From contig JAIVWR010000001.1 in the NCBI GenBank assembly GCA_048636435.1, positions 1 through 26,687 on the forward strand: a DNA stretch of 26,687 bases, read 5' to 3'. The DNA is from Acidobacteriota bacterium. GTDB taxonomy: Bacteria > Chloroflexota > Dehalococcoidia > SM23-28-2. A model generated the notes under the pieces. The model saw only the letters and a list, made by a program, of their open reading frames with translations, made no database searches and had not been told where the DNA came from. Positions 1-8,761 of the stretch are shown here, one piece after another; position 1 is the first letter of the stretch; each line of letters starts with the position of its first letter. The position numbers were made by a program, and so were the translations under genes.

Positions 1-2
1 CC

Positions 3-917
3 TTCCTCTACCTGCATGGCCCAGCCACGGACGGCGAAGCGCCACCTCTCTCGCAGGTCTTAGAGCTGCCCGAGGGCCTGTTCATGGCCCTCATCGAGCT
101 GGACAGCCGCAATCAGCCCGCCCTGGCCGGCCTCAGCCTTCTCGATTCCTCAGCCGCCGAGCTCCTGGAGCCAGCGCCGGCCTTGGAGCAGGGTCTCCGC
201 CCCTTCCGCCAGCGCTCGGACAACCTGGCGCCCAATGGCCTGATGTCGCCCGCCCTGGCCGTCGACACCGACAACGACGGTCTGGACGAACTGGTTCTCC
301 TGGACACGGGCCTGAGCGACGGCGTTGCCGCCGCCTTCTATCTCACCTTTCGCTGGACTGGCTCCGACCTGCACTGGCAACGAGTAGCGCCGCCCCTGGA
401 GGACGCCTCGGCCGATCTGCCCACCCAGGCCGTCCTGGACTATCTGGCGGCTGTAGCAGCCGCCACCGCCACCGCCGAGCCCTGGCAAGATTTCCAGCGC
501 TTTCTCGTTTGGCAGTGGCTAACCGGCAGCGACGAGCCGATCTCTGAAGAGCTCCTGCACGAGGTCGCCGACAACGACAGCGAGGCCGCACTCGCGGCGG
601 CTCGCCGAAAGCTGGAAGCCACTCGCGCGCTCTTCAGCCAGGCCTTCAACCTCCAGTCGCCCGACCGCCAGAAGCTCCAGCCCTGGCCGGATTTCGTAAA
701 CGGCTTTCGTAATGCCACCGGCGCCGAGGTGGAGGAGATGCTGCCGCCCACCCAACAAGACGAGCGCATGTCCGTACAGGTGGTCATCATCGCCTTCAGC
801 CGTGAGGGGCCGGACATGGTCCAGCGGCGGTTTCGAGTCACCTATGAGCTCGTCCAGAGCGAAGAGGGCTGGCGCCTGGACGACCTCGATGCCAAGGAGG
901 AGCGTCCACCGGAATAG
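3..917 (+). CDS. Hypothetical protein, probably 5'-truncated by the window edge; contains a DxDxDG Ca-binding-like motif
   Basis: The frame is open from position 3 (FLYLHGPATDGEAPPLSQVLELPEGLFM...), so ATG 84 is probably internal. Contains VDTDNDGLDELV. Stop TAG at 915-917. Codons are GC3-rich like the neighbouring genes. Confidence 0.7.
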   Translation, partial: FLYLHGPATDGEAPPLSQVLELPEGLFMALIELDSRNQPALAGLSLLDSSAAELLEPAPALEQGLRPFRQRSDNLAPNGLMSPALAVDTDNDGLDELVLLDTGLSDGVAAAFYLTFRWTGSDLHWQRVAPPLEDASADLPTQAVLDYLAAVAAATATAEPWQDFQRFLVWQWLTGSDEPISEELLHEVADNDSEAALAAARRKLEATRALFSQAFNLQSPDRQKLQPWPDFVNGFRNATGAEVEEMLPPTQQDERMSVQVVIIAFSREGPDMVQRRFRVTYELVQSEEGWRLDDLDAKEERPPE

Positions 918-918
918 C

Positions 919-948
919 TTGACATCGCTTAACGCCCTGGGCTAACAT
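919..948 (+). promoter_or_regulatory. sigma70/sigmaA-type promoter for the riboswitch leader
   Basis: Perfect TTGACA at 919-924, 18-nt spacer, TAACAT at 943-948, in an AT-rich intergenic stretch 30 nt upstream of the riboswitch P1. Confidence 0.75.
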
Positions 949-977
949 CAATTAGAAAATCGAATAGGGCCCGCAGA

Positions 978-1111
978 CGCTCTTATCCAGAGTGGTGGAG
1001 GGAACGGCCCAAGGAAACCCGGCAACCGATCCGTCCCTGAGTGGCTTGCTCAAGGCCGGACACGGTGCCAAGTCCGACCCTTCGGTCTAGGCGAAGGGAA
1101 AGATGAGAGCG
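978..1111 (+). ncRNA. SAM-I (S-box) riboswitch aptamer
   Basis: Consensus blocks CTCTTATCCAGAG...GGAGGGA..GGCCC...GAAACCCGGCAACC...GGTGCCAAGTCC...GAAAGATGAGAG. P1 is CGCTCTTATC (978-987) paired with GATGAGAGCG (1102-1111); P4 is CCCTTCG/CGAAGGG. Lies upstream of Met/SAM genes. Confidence 0.96.
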
Positions 1112-1123
1112 GGTGGATGGAAA

Positions 1124-1154
1124 GAACTTCTCACACCACGAGAAGTTTTTTGTT
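1124..1154 (+). terminator. Intrinsic terminator forming the riboswitch expression platform
   Basis: Stem GAACTTCTC (1124-1132) / GAGAAGTTT (1140-1148), 7-nt loop, then a T-run (TTTTTTGTT, 1146-1154). Confidence 0.85.
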
Positions 1155-1180
1155 ATGCCCCGCCGTCGGTGAGGTCATAC

Positions 1181-2239
1181 TTGCAAGGCATAAAGGCTAT
1201 CGAGTGGGCGAACGGTAGGGTCCGCCTCCTGGACCAGACTCGCCTCCCCCACCAGGAAGCGTACCTGGAGCTGGACGACCACCGCCAGATGGCGGCGGCC
1301 ATCCGCGAGATGCGCGTGCGAGGCGCCCCCCTCATCGGCATCGCCGCCGCTTACGGCATGGCCCTCGGCGCCCGCCATATCGAGACCTCGAGCATGCAGC
1401 ACTTCCTGGCCCAACTGCGGCCTATCGCTGAGGCCCTGGCGGCTACCCGCCCTACCGCCGTCAATCTCTCCTGGGCCCTCGAGCGCATGACCCTGGCCGC
1501 GGAGGCGGCTGCCGACCCTCAGGCAGCCCAAGAGGCGCTGGTGGCGGAGGCCCTGCGCATCCACCAGGAGGGCGCGGACGCCGACCGCCGCCTGGGCCAA
1601 CACGGCGCTCAGCTCATCCCCGCCGGCTCCGCCGTCCTCACCCACTGCAACACCGGCTCCCTGGCCACCGGCGGCAGCGGCACTGCCCTGGGCGTCATCC
1701 GGGCGGCCTGGGAGCAGGGCAAGCTCTCGCGCGTCTATGTCAGCGAGACGCGCCCCCTCCTTCAGGGGGCACGCCTCACCGCCTGGGAGCTGGCCCGCGA
1801 CGGCATCCCCGCCACCCTCATCGCCGATGGCGCTGCCGGCTTCCTCATGCGCCGCCGCGACGCCATCGCCTGCGTCATCGTGGGAGCCGACCGTATCGCC
1901 GCCAACGGCGACGTCGCCAACAAGATCGGCACCTACACCCTGGCCGTCCTGGCCAGCGAGCACTCCATCCCCTTCTACGTCGCGGCCCCCACCAGCACCA
2001 TCGACCTGACCACCGCCACCGGCGACCAGATACCCATCGAGGAGCGCTCGGCGGAAGAGCTGACCGCCTTCGCCGACGTAACCGTAGCCCCCGCTGGCAC
2101 CGACGCCCTGAACCCCGCCTTCGACGTCACGCCCCACCGCTACGTCTCAGCCATCATCAGCGAGAGAGGCATCGTCCGCGACCCGTACGCCAAGTCCCTG
2201 CCGCAGCTCTTCCAGCAGGAGGGGGTTCGCCATGCCTGA
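1181..2239 (+). CDS. mtnA: S-methyl-5-thioribose-1-phosphate isomerase
   Basis: Motifs LLDQTRLP, VRGAP, RPTAVNL, THCN, ETRP..QGARLT, GADRIAANGD.ANKIGTY. Start moved to TTG 1181 (SD GAGGT 1171-1175) because the track's ATG 1103 lies inside riboswitch P1. Confidence 0.93.
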   Translation: MQGIKAIEWANGRVRLLDQTRLPHQEAYLELDDHRQMAAAIREMRVRGAPLIGIAAAYGMALGARHIETSSMQHFLAQLRPIAEALAATRPTAVNLSWALERMTLAAEAAADPQAAQEALVAEALRIHQEGADADRRLGQHGAQLIPAGSAVLTHCNTGSLATGGSGTALGVIRAAWEQGKLSRVYVSETRPLLQGARLTAWELARDGIPATLIADGAAGFLMRRRDAIACVIVGADRIAANGDVANKIGTYTLAVLASEHSIPFYVAAPTSTIDLTTATGDQIPIEERSAEELTAFADVTVAPAGTDALNPAFDVTPHRYVSAIISERGIVRDPYAKSLPQLFQQEGVRHA

Positions 2240-3116
2240 AGCCCGGGTGGCGATCATCGGCGGCAGCGGCTTCTACCAGATGGAGGGCCTGACCGATGTC
2301 GAGGAGGCCCGTATCGAGAAGACCCCCTTCGGCCAGCCCAGCGACGCCATCGTCATCGGCACCCTCGACGGCGTGCGAGTGGCCTTCCTGCCCCGCCACG
2401 GCCGCGGCCACCGCCTCCTCCCCTCCGAGGTGCCGGCGCGGGCCAACGTCTATGCCCTCAAGACCCTGGGGGTGGAGTTCATCATCGCCGTGAGCGCTGT
2501 CGGCAGCCTGCGTCAGCAGATCGAGCCGCGCCACCTGGCCGTGCCCGACCAGCTCATCGACCGCACCAAGGGCCGCCCCGCCACGTTCTTCGGTCAGGGC
2601 CTGGCGGCCCACATCGCCTTCGCCGAGCCCTTCTGCCCCGTCCTGCGAGCCAACCTCTGCCAATCGGCCAGCAAGGCCGACGCTACTGTTCACGACGGCG
2701 GCACCCTGGTGGTCATGGAGGGCCCCGCCTTCTCGACCAAGGCTGAGTCCAACCTCTATCGTTCCTGGGGAGCCGACCTCATCGTCATGACCGCCCTGCC
2801 CGAGGCCAAGCTGGCCCGCGAGGCCGAGCTCTGCTATGCCACCCTGGCCTGCGTCACCGACTACGATTGCTGGCACGAGGGCCACGAATCGGTGACGGCC
2901 GAGATGATCGTGTCGAACCTCGCCAAGACGGTCGAGGTCGCCCAGCGGACGGTGCGCCTGGCCCTGGCCGGACTGCCCACCCGCCGCGATTGCCTCTGCG
3001 CCAGCGCCCTCCGGGACGCCCTCATCACCCCCCTTGACATCGTGCCCGAGGAAACCAAGAGCAACCTGGCGCCCATCATCGGCAAGTACATAGTCGGCGG
3101 GCCGGCGGGAAGTTGA
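2232..3116 (+). CDS. mtnP: S-methyl-5'-thioadenosine phosphorylase (PNP/MTAP family)
   Basis: IIGGSG, TPFG.PSD, FLPRHGRGH, EGPAFST.AES, TDYDCW. Overlaps the mtnA stop by 8 nt. Confidence 0.93.
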   Translation: MPEARVAIIGGSGFYQMEGLTDVEEARIEKTPFGQPSDAIVIGTLDGVRVAFLPRHGRGHRLLPSEVPARANVYALKTLGVEFIIAVSAVGSLRQQIEPRHLAVPDQLIDRTKGRPATFFGQGLAAHIAFAEPFCPVLRANLCQSASKADATVHDGGTLVVMEGPAFSTKAESNLYRSWGADLIVMTALPEAKLAREAELCYATLACVTDYDCWHEGHESVTAEMIVSNLAKTVEVAQRTVRLALAGLPTRRDCLCASALRDALITPLDIVPEETKSNLAPIIGKYIVGGPAGS

Positions 3117-3118
3117 CG

Positions 3119-4066
3119 ATGCTGACCGACAGGCTGAAGGAGAGCATCTTCGGGGCCAAGGCAACGGCCAAGCAACGGGTGGAGTACGTCGTGGAGCGCC
3201 TCGTCGACCCGGAGGCTATCCGGCCCCTGCTGGAAGGACAGCGAACCTACGCCGCCTACGCCCTGGCCCACCTGGACCCACGCCTGTTCCCCCGCAGCGA
3301 GTGGTGGCATGCCCGCGGCCCTCAAGGCCGGGCGCTGGTCGTCCACTCACGCACCGGCCTGGGCCCCGCCCTGGTCGCCCTGGGCGATCCCCAGGCCCTG
3401 GATGCCCTCTTCCGCCTCCACCCGGGCCCCCGCCTCACCTTCGCCACCTTCCAGCCAGACCATCTGGCCGTCGCCCAGCGCCACTTCGTCCTATCGCGGC
3501 CGGGGCCTTCCCTGCGCATGTCCGTGTCGGCCGCCAGCTTTCAGCCGGCCGCGGGGCCTGCGCAGCGTCTCCACCGGGCGGACATCGGGGCGGTCAACGC
3601 CCTCCAGCGCAGCGAGGGCTTCGGCTTCTATCCGGCCGCCGTGCTGGACGACGGGGTGTACTATGGCGTCTATGCCGACCAGAGGCTGGTCGCCATGGCC
3701 GGCACCCACGTGGTGGCCCCCTCCCAGGGCCTGGCCCTGGTGGGCAACATCATGACCCATCCTCGCTATCGAGGGCAGGGCTATGGCAGCGTCGCCACCA
3801 GCGCCGTCACCGTCGAGCTGCTCAAGACCTGCGCCGATGTGCTGCTGACGGTCGACGCCAGGAACAAGACTGCCATCCGCCTCTATGAACGGCTGGGCTA
3901 CCGGGAGGAGTGCCGCCTCATCGAGTCAGGGGCGCGGCGAAAGGACATGATCGGCATCGTCGCCTTGGTGCGGCGTGCCCTCGCTCGTCGCCGGGCCGAG
4001 GATGGACGAGAGATAGTGGTGCTTAATCATCAGGTTGAAAGAAAGGCTTCGGAAGGAGGCCAATAG
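3119..4066 (+). CDS. GNAT-family N-acetyltransferase (FR47-like C-terminal domain plus an N-terminal domain)
   Basis: Acetyl-CoA motif A (VGNIMTHPRYRGQGYGS) and motif B (N..AIRLYERLGY). Start is ATG 3119 or TTG 3113. Confidence 0.8.
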   Translation: MLTDRLKESIFGAKATAKQRVEYVVERLVDPEAIRPLLEGQRTYAAYALAHLDPRLFPRSEWWHARGPQGRALVVHSRTGLGPALVALGDPQALDALFRLHPGPRLTFATFQPDHLAVAQRHFVLSRPGPSLRMSVSAASFQPAAGPAQRLHRADIGAVNALQRSEGFGFYPAAVLDDGVYYGVYADQRLVAMAGTHVVAPSQGLALVGNIMTHPRYRGQGYGSVATSAVTVELLKTCADVLLTVDARNKTAIRLYERLGYREECRLIESGARRKDMIGIVALVRRALARRRAEDGREIVVLNHQVERKASEGGQ

Positions 4067-5344
<1,278 letters not shown>

Positions 5345-5364
5345 GACCCCAAGGAGGAAAAACC

Positions 5365-6603
5365 ATGCCCATGCGCATGACCCTGATGAGCTCCCCATCC
5401 ATGCTGGTCACCTCAGAGTCGGTGACCGAGGGCCATCCCGATAAGATGTGCGACCAGATCGCCGACGCCGTCCTGGACGACATCCTGCGCCACGACCCGT
5501 CCGCCCGCGTGGCCTGCGAGGTAGCGACCACCACCGGTCTGGTGGTTATCATCGGCGAGATCTCCACAAGCCACCACGTGGACTACACCAAGATCGCCCG
5601 CCAGACCATCCACGAGATCGGCTACACCAAGCCCGAGTACGGCTTCGACACCGAGAGCTGCGGCGTGATCGTATCGGTCAAGGAGCAATCGCCCGACATC
5701 GCCGAGGCGGTGAGCACGCCCCTCGAGGTGCGCGAGGGGTGGGAGAAAGCCGAGGAGCTTGAGTTGGGAGCCGGCGATCAGGGCATCATGCTCGGCTTCG
5801 CCTGCAACGAGACGCCGGAGCTTATGCCCCTGCCCATCTCCCTGGCCCACAAGCTCTGCCACCGCCTGGCCCAGGTGCGCAAAGAAGGAATAATCCCCTA
5901 TCTCCGCCCCGACGGCAAATCGCAGGTGACGGTCGAGTACTCTTTCGGCGTACCCAGGCGGGTGAAGACGGTGGTGGTCTCCAGCCAGCACGATGACGGC
6001 GTCGAGCTTGCCCATCTCCAGGCCGATATCATGGAACACGTAGTGCACCACGTCATCCCTGCCGGACTTCTCAACAGCGAGACCACCTATCGCATCAACC
6101 CCAGCGGCAGGTTCGTCATCGGCGGCCCCAAGGGCGATTCCGGCCTCTCCGGCCGCAAGAACATCGTCGACGCCTACGGCTCCAGCGGCCGCCACGGCGG
6201 CGGCTCCTACTCGGGCAAGGACCCCACCAAGGTCGACCGCTCCTGCTCCTATGCCGCCCGCTACGTGACCAAGAACATCGTCGCTGCTGGCCTCGCCGAC
6301 CGTGCAGAGATCGAGCTCGCCTACGCCATTGGGGTCGCCCACCCCGTCTCCGTCTCCCTGGAGACCTTCGGCACCCAAAACGTCGACCACGAGGTCATCG
6401 ATGGGCTAATCAAGAAGCACTTCGACCTGCGGCCGGCGGCGATAGTGCGCCACCTCGACCTGCGGCGGCCCATCTACAGGGCTACCGCCACCTATGGCCA
6501 CTTCGGCCGCGAGGACATCGACGCCCCCTGGGAGAGAACAGACAAGGCCGATCTCTTGCGGCGAGAGGCTGGCCTGCCCCAGGCCGAGGGGGCCCGCCGC
6601 TAG
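5365..6603 (+). CDS. metK: S-adenosylmethionine synthetase
   Basis: [59 protein letters not shown] at 5351-5357. Confidence 0.96.
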   Translation: MPMRMTLMSSPSMLVTSESVTEGHPDKMCDQIADAVLDDILRHDPSARVACEVATTTGLVVIIGEISTSHHVDYTKIARQTIHEIGYTKPEYGFDTESCGVIVSVKEQSPDIAEAVSTPLEVREGWEKAEELELGAGDQGIMLGFACNETPELMPLPISLAHKLCHRLAQVRKEGIIPYLRPDGKSQVTVEYSFGVPRRVKTVVVSSQHDDGVELAHLQADIMEHVVHHVIPAGLLNSETTYRINPSGRFVIGGPKGDSGLSGRKNIVDAYGSSGRHGGGSYSGKDPTKVDRSCSYAARYVTKNIVAAGLADRAEIELAYAIGVAHPVSVSLETFGTQNVDHEVIDGLIKKHFDLRPAAIVRHLDLRRPIYRATATYGHFGREDIDAPWERTDKADLLRREAGLPQAEGARR

Positions 6604-6607
6604 GCCC

Positions 6608-7321
6608 ATGTACGCCTTGGTTCTGGCTGGCGGCAAGGGCGAACGCCTGCGTCCTCTCTCCGAAGATCGGCCCAAGCCGATGGTCCTCCTGGCCGGCAAG
6701 CCCATCCTTGAGTACCACCTGACCTGGCTGCGCGACCATGGTGTCACCCACGCCCTCCTCCTCTGCGGCTACCGGTCCGATGTGATTCAGAGCTACTTCG
6801 GCGACGGCCGCCGCTTGGGACTGACCATCGAGTACTCGCTGGAGGACGAGCCCCTGGGACGAGGCGGCGCCTTCAAGCTCGCCTTCAGCCGCGTGCCCCC
6901 CTCGGAAGAGCTGCTCATCGGCACCAACGGCGACGTCCTTTGCAACCAGCCCCTGGCCCCCATCCTGCGCGCCCATCGCACCTCGGGGGCGGTGGCCACC
7001 GTCATGCTGACCCGCTTCGTCAGCCCCTATGGCATCGTGCGCGTGGCCCGCGACGGGCGCATCATCCGCTTCGAGGAGAAGCCGCGCCTGCCCCACTGGA
7101 TAAACGCCGGCCTCTACGTTCTCTCCCGCCCCTTCTTCGACCTCCTGCCGGACCTGGGCGACCACGAGGACACCGTCTTCCCCCTGCTGGCCGACAGGGG
7201 CCAGTTGCGGGCCTACCGCGCCCGCGGCTACTGGCGCTCCATCGATACGATCAAGGACCTGACGGAGGCGGCCCAGGATCTGCCCCTGTTCGCCCCGGAA
7301 GAGCCGGAGCCAGCTCGCTAG
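6608..7321 (+). CDS. Sugar-phosphate nucleotidyltransferase (NTP_transferase family, single domain, 237 aa)
   Basis: LAGGKGERL..L....PKPM, EDEPLGRGGA, NGD, EKP, INAGLY, YWRSIDT. Start reassigned to ATG 6608, just after the metK stop. No left-handed beta-helix C-terminal domain. Confidence 0.85.
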   Translation: MYALVLAGGKGERLRPLSEDRPKPMVLLAGKPILEYHLTWLRDHGVTHALLLCGYRSDVIQSYFGDGRRLGLTIEYSLEDEPLGRGGAFKLAFSRVPPSEELLIGTNGDVLCNQPLAPILRAHRTSGAVATVMLTRFVSPYGIVRVARDGRIIRFEEKPRLPHWINAGLYVLSRPFFDLLPDLGDHEDTVFPLLADRGQLRAYRARGYWRSIDTIKDLTEAAQDLPLFAPEEPEPAR

Positions 7322-7337
7322 GAAAGGGCTTTCAGTG

Positions 7338-8759
7338 ATGACAACCGAGATCAAGTTCGGCACCGACGGCTGGCGGGCCATCATCGCCGAGGACTTCACC
7401 TTCCCGAACGTCCGCGCCTGCGCCCAGAGCGTCGCCCTCTACCTGAAGGAGACCGGCCTGGCCCAGCGAGGGCTGGTCGTGGGCTATGATACCCGCTTCG
7501 CCTCCGAGGACTTCGCCGCCGCCGTCGCCGAGGTGGCGGCCGCCAACGGCATCCACGCCTACCTGTGCGACTCGCCCGTGCCCACGCCCGTAGTCAGCCA
7601 CACCCTCCTCGAGAGGAAGGCCGGCGGCGCAGTGGTCATCACCGCCAGCCACAACTCCGCCCAATGGTCCGGCTTCAAGTACAAGCCCGAGTACGCCAGC
7701 AGCGCCTCGCCCGAGACCATCGCCCGCCTCGAGGAGCCCCTGCCCTCCATCCTGGCCTCCGATGTGCCTCGTCTGCCCCTGGCCGAAGCCCAGAAGCGGG
7801 GCCTGGTGGAGCTCATCAGCCCCCGCCAGCCCTATCTTGAGCACCTGGCCGAGCTGGTCGACCTGGAGGCCCTGCGAGCCGCAGGACTGCGAGTCGTCAT
7901 CGATTCCATGTACGGGGCAGCCATCGGCTGGTTGCCGCAGCTCCTGGCCGGTGGGACCACCCAGGTGCAGGAGCTGCACGGCGAGCGCAACCCGCTGTTC
8001 CCCGGCCTTCAGCCGGAGCCCATCGCCCGCCACCTGGGCGCGCTCATCGATACCGTCAAGGCGACCAGCGCCGACGTCGGCCTGGCCACCGACGGCGATG
8101 GCGACCGCGTGGGCATCATCGACGAGAAGGGCGAGTTCATCAACCAGCACCAGGTGTTCGCCCTCCTCGCCTACTACCTGCTGGAGGTACGCGGCCAGCG
8201 CGGGCCCATGGTCAAATCGGTCACCAGCACCCGCATGATCCAGCGCCTGGGCGAGCTGTACGACGTCGCCGTGCACGAGACCCCCGTCGGCTTCAAGTTC
8301 CTGGGCCCCACGATGATCGCCGAGGATGCCCTCATAGCCGGCGAGGAGAGTGGCGGCTTCGCCTTCCGCCATCACCCGCCCGACCGCGACGGCATCCTCT
8401 CCTCCCTCTACTTCCTCGACCTCATGGCCCGCCGTGGCCGCCGCCCCTCTGAACTCGTCGCCGAGCTGTACGAGAAGGTGGGGCCCCACTACTACGACCG
8501 CATCGACATCCGCCTGGAGCCAGAGCAGAAGACCGACCTGATCGAACGCCTGTCCCGCGCCCGCCCCGAGCGGCTGGCCGGCCTGAGGGTCGTTCAGACT
8601 GACACCACCGACGGCTTCCGCTTTTGCCTGGAGGGCGGGGAGTGGCTGCTCGTTCGCTTCTCGGGCACCGAGCCCCTGCTGCGCATCTACACCGAGGTGC
8701 AAGACCAGAGCCTGGTGCAGAAGCTTCTAGCGGCCGGAAAGGAACTGGTTGGGCTGTAG
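7338..8759 (+). CDS. Alpha-D-phosphohexomutase (phosphoglucomutase/phosphomannomutase family)
   Basis: IKFGTDGWR, catalytic TASHN, metal loop DGDGDR, sugar loop GEESGG, RFSGTEPLLRIY. Alternative GTG start at 7335. Confidence 0.92.
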   Translation: MTTEIKFGTDGWRAIIAEDFTFPNVRACAQSVALYLKETGLAQRGLVVGYDTRFASEDFAAAVAEVAAANGIHAYLCDSPVPTPVVSHTLLERKAGGAVVITASHNSAQWSGFKYKPEYASSASPETIARLEEPLPSILASDVPRLPLAEAQKRGLVELISPRQPYLEHLAELVDLEALRAAGLRVVIDSMYGAAIGWLPQLLAGGTTQVQELHGERNPLFPGLQPEPIARHLGALIDTVKATSADVGLATDGDGDRVGIIDEKGEFINQHQVFALLAYYLLEVRGQRGPMVKSVTSTRMIQRLGELYDVAVHETPVGFKFLGPTMIAEDALIAGEESGGFAFRHHPPDRDGILSSLYFLDLMARRGRRPSELVAELYEKVGPHYYDRIDIRLEPEQKTDLIERLSRARPERLAGLRVVQTDTTDGFRFCLEGGEWLLVRFSGTEPLLRIYTEVQDQSLVQKLLAAGKELVGL

Positions 8760-8761
8760 CC

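Noticed and set aside
1103-1180. ORF-track start of mtnA at ATG 1103, giving a 26-aa N-terminal extension
   Set aside because: This ATG is part of the conserved GAUGAGAG strand of SAM-I P1 and lies upstream of the terminator. An open frame of 26 codons is unremarkable, and MtnA similarity begins near KAIEW.
2776-2800. MtnP motif DLIVMT instead of the common DxIGMT; similarly TASHNS instead of TASHNP in the mutase (~7640-7660)
   Set aside because: Single substitutions at positions known to vary (Asn in human MTAP). Catalytic residues are intact, so there is no evidence of pseudogenisation or new chemistry.
4003-4060. AT-richer patch at the GNAT 3' end as an internal ahcY promoter or UUCG hairpin
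   Set aside because: No TAnnnT hexamer at proper spacing, and CTTCGG lacks a supporting stem.
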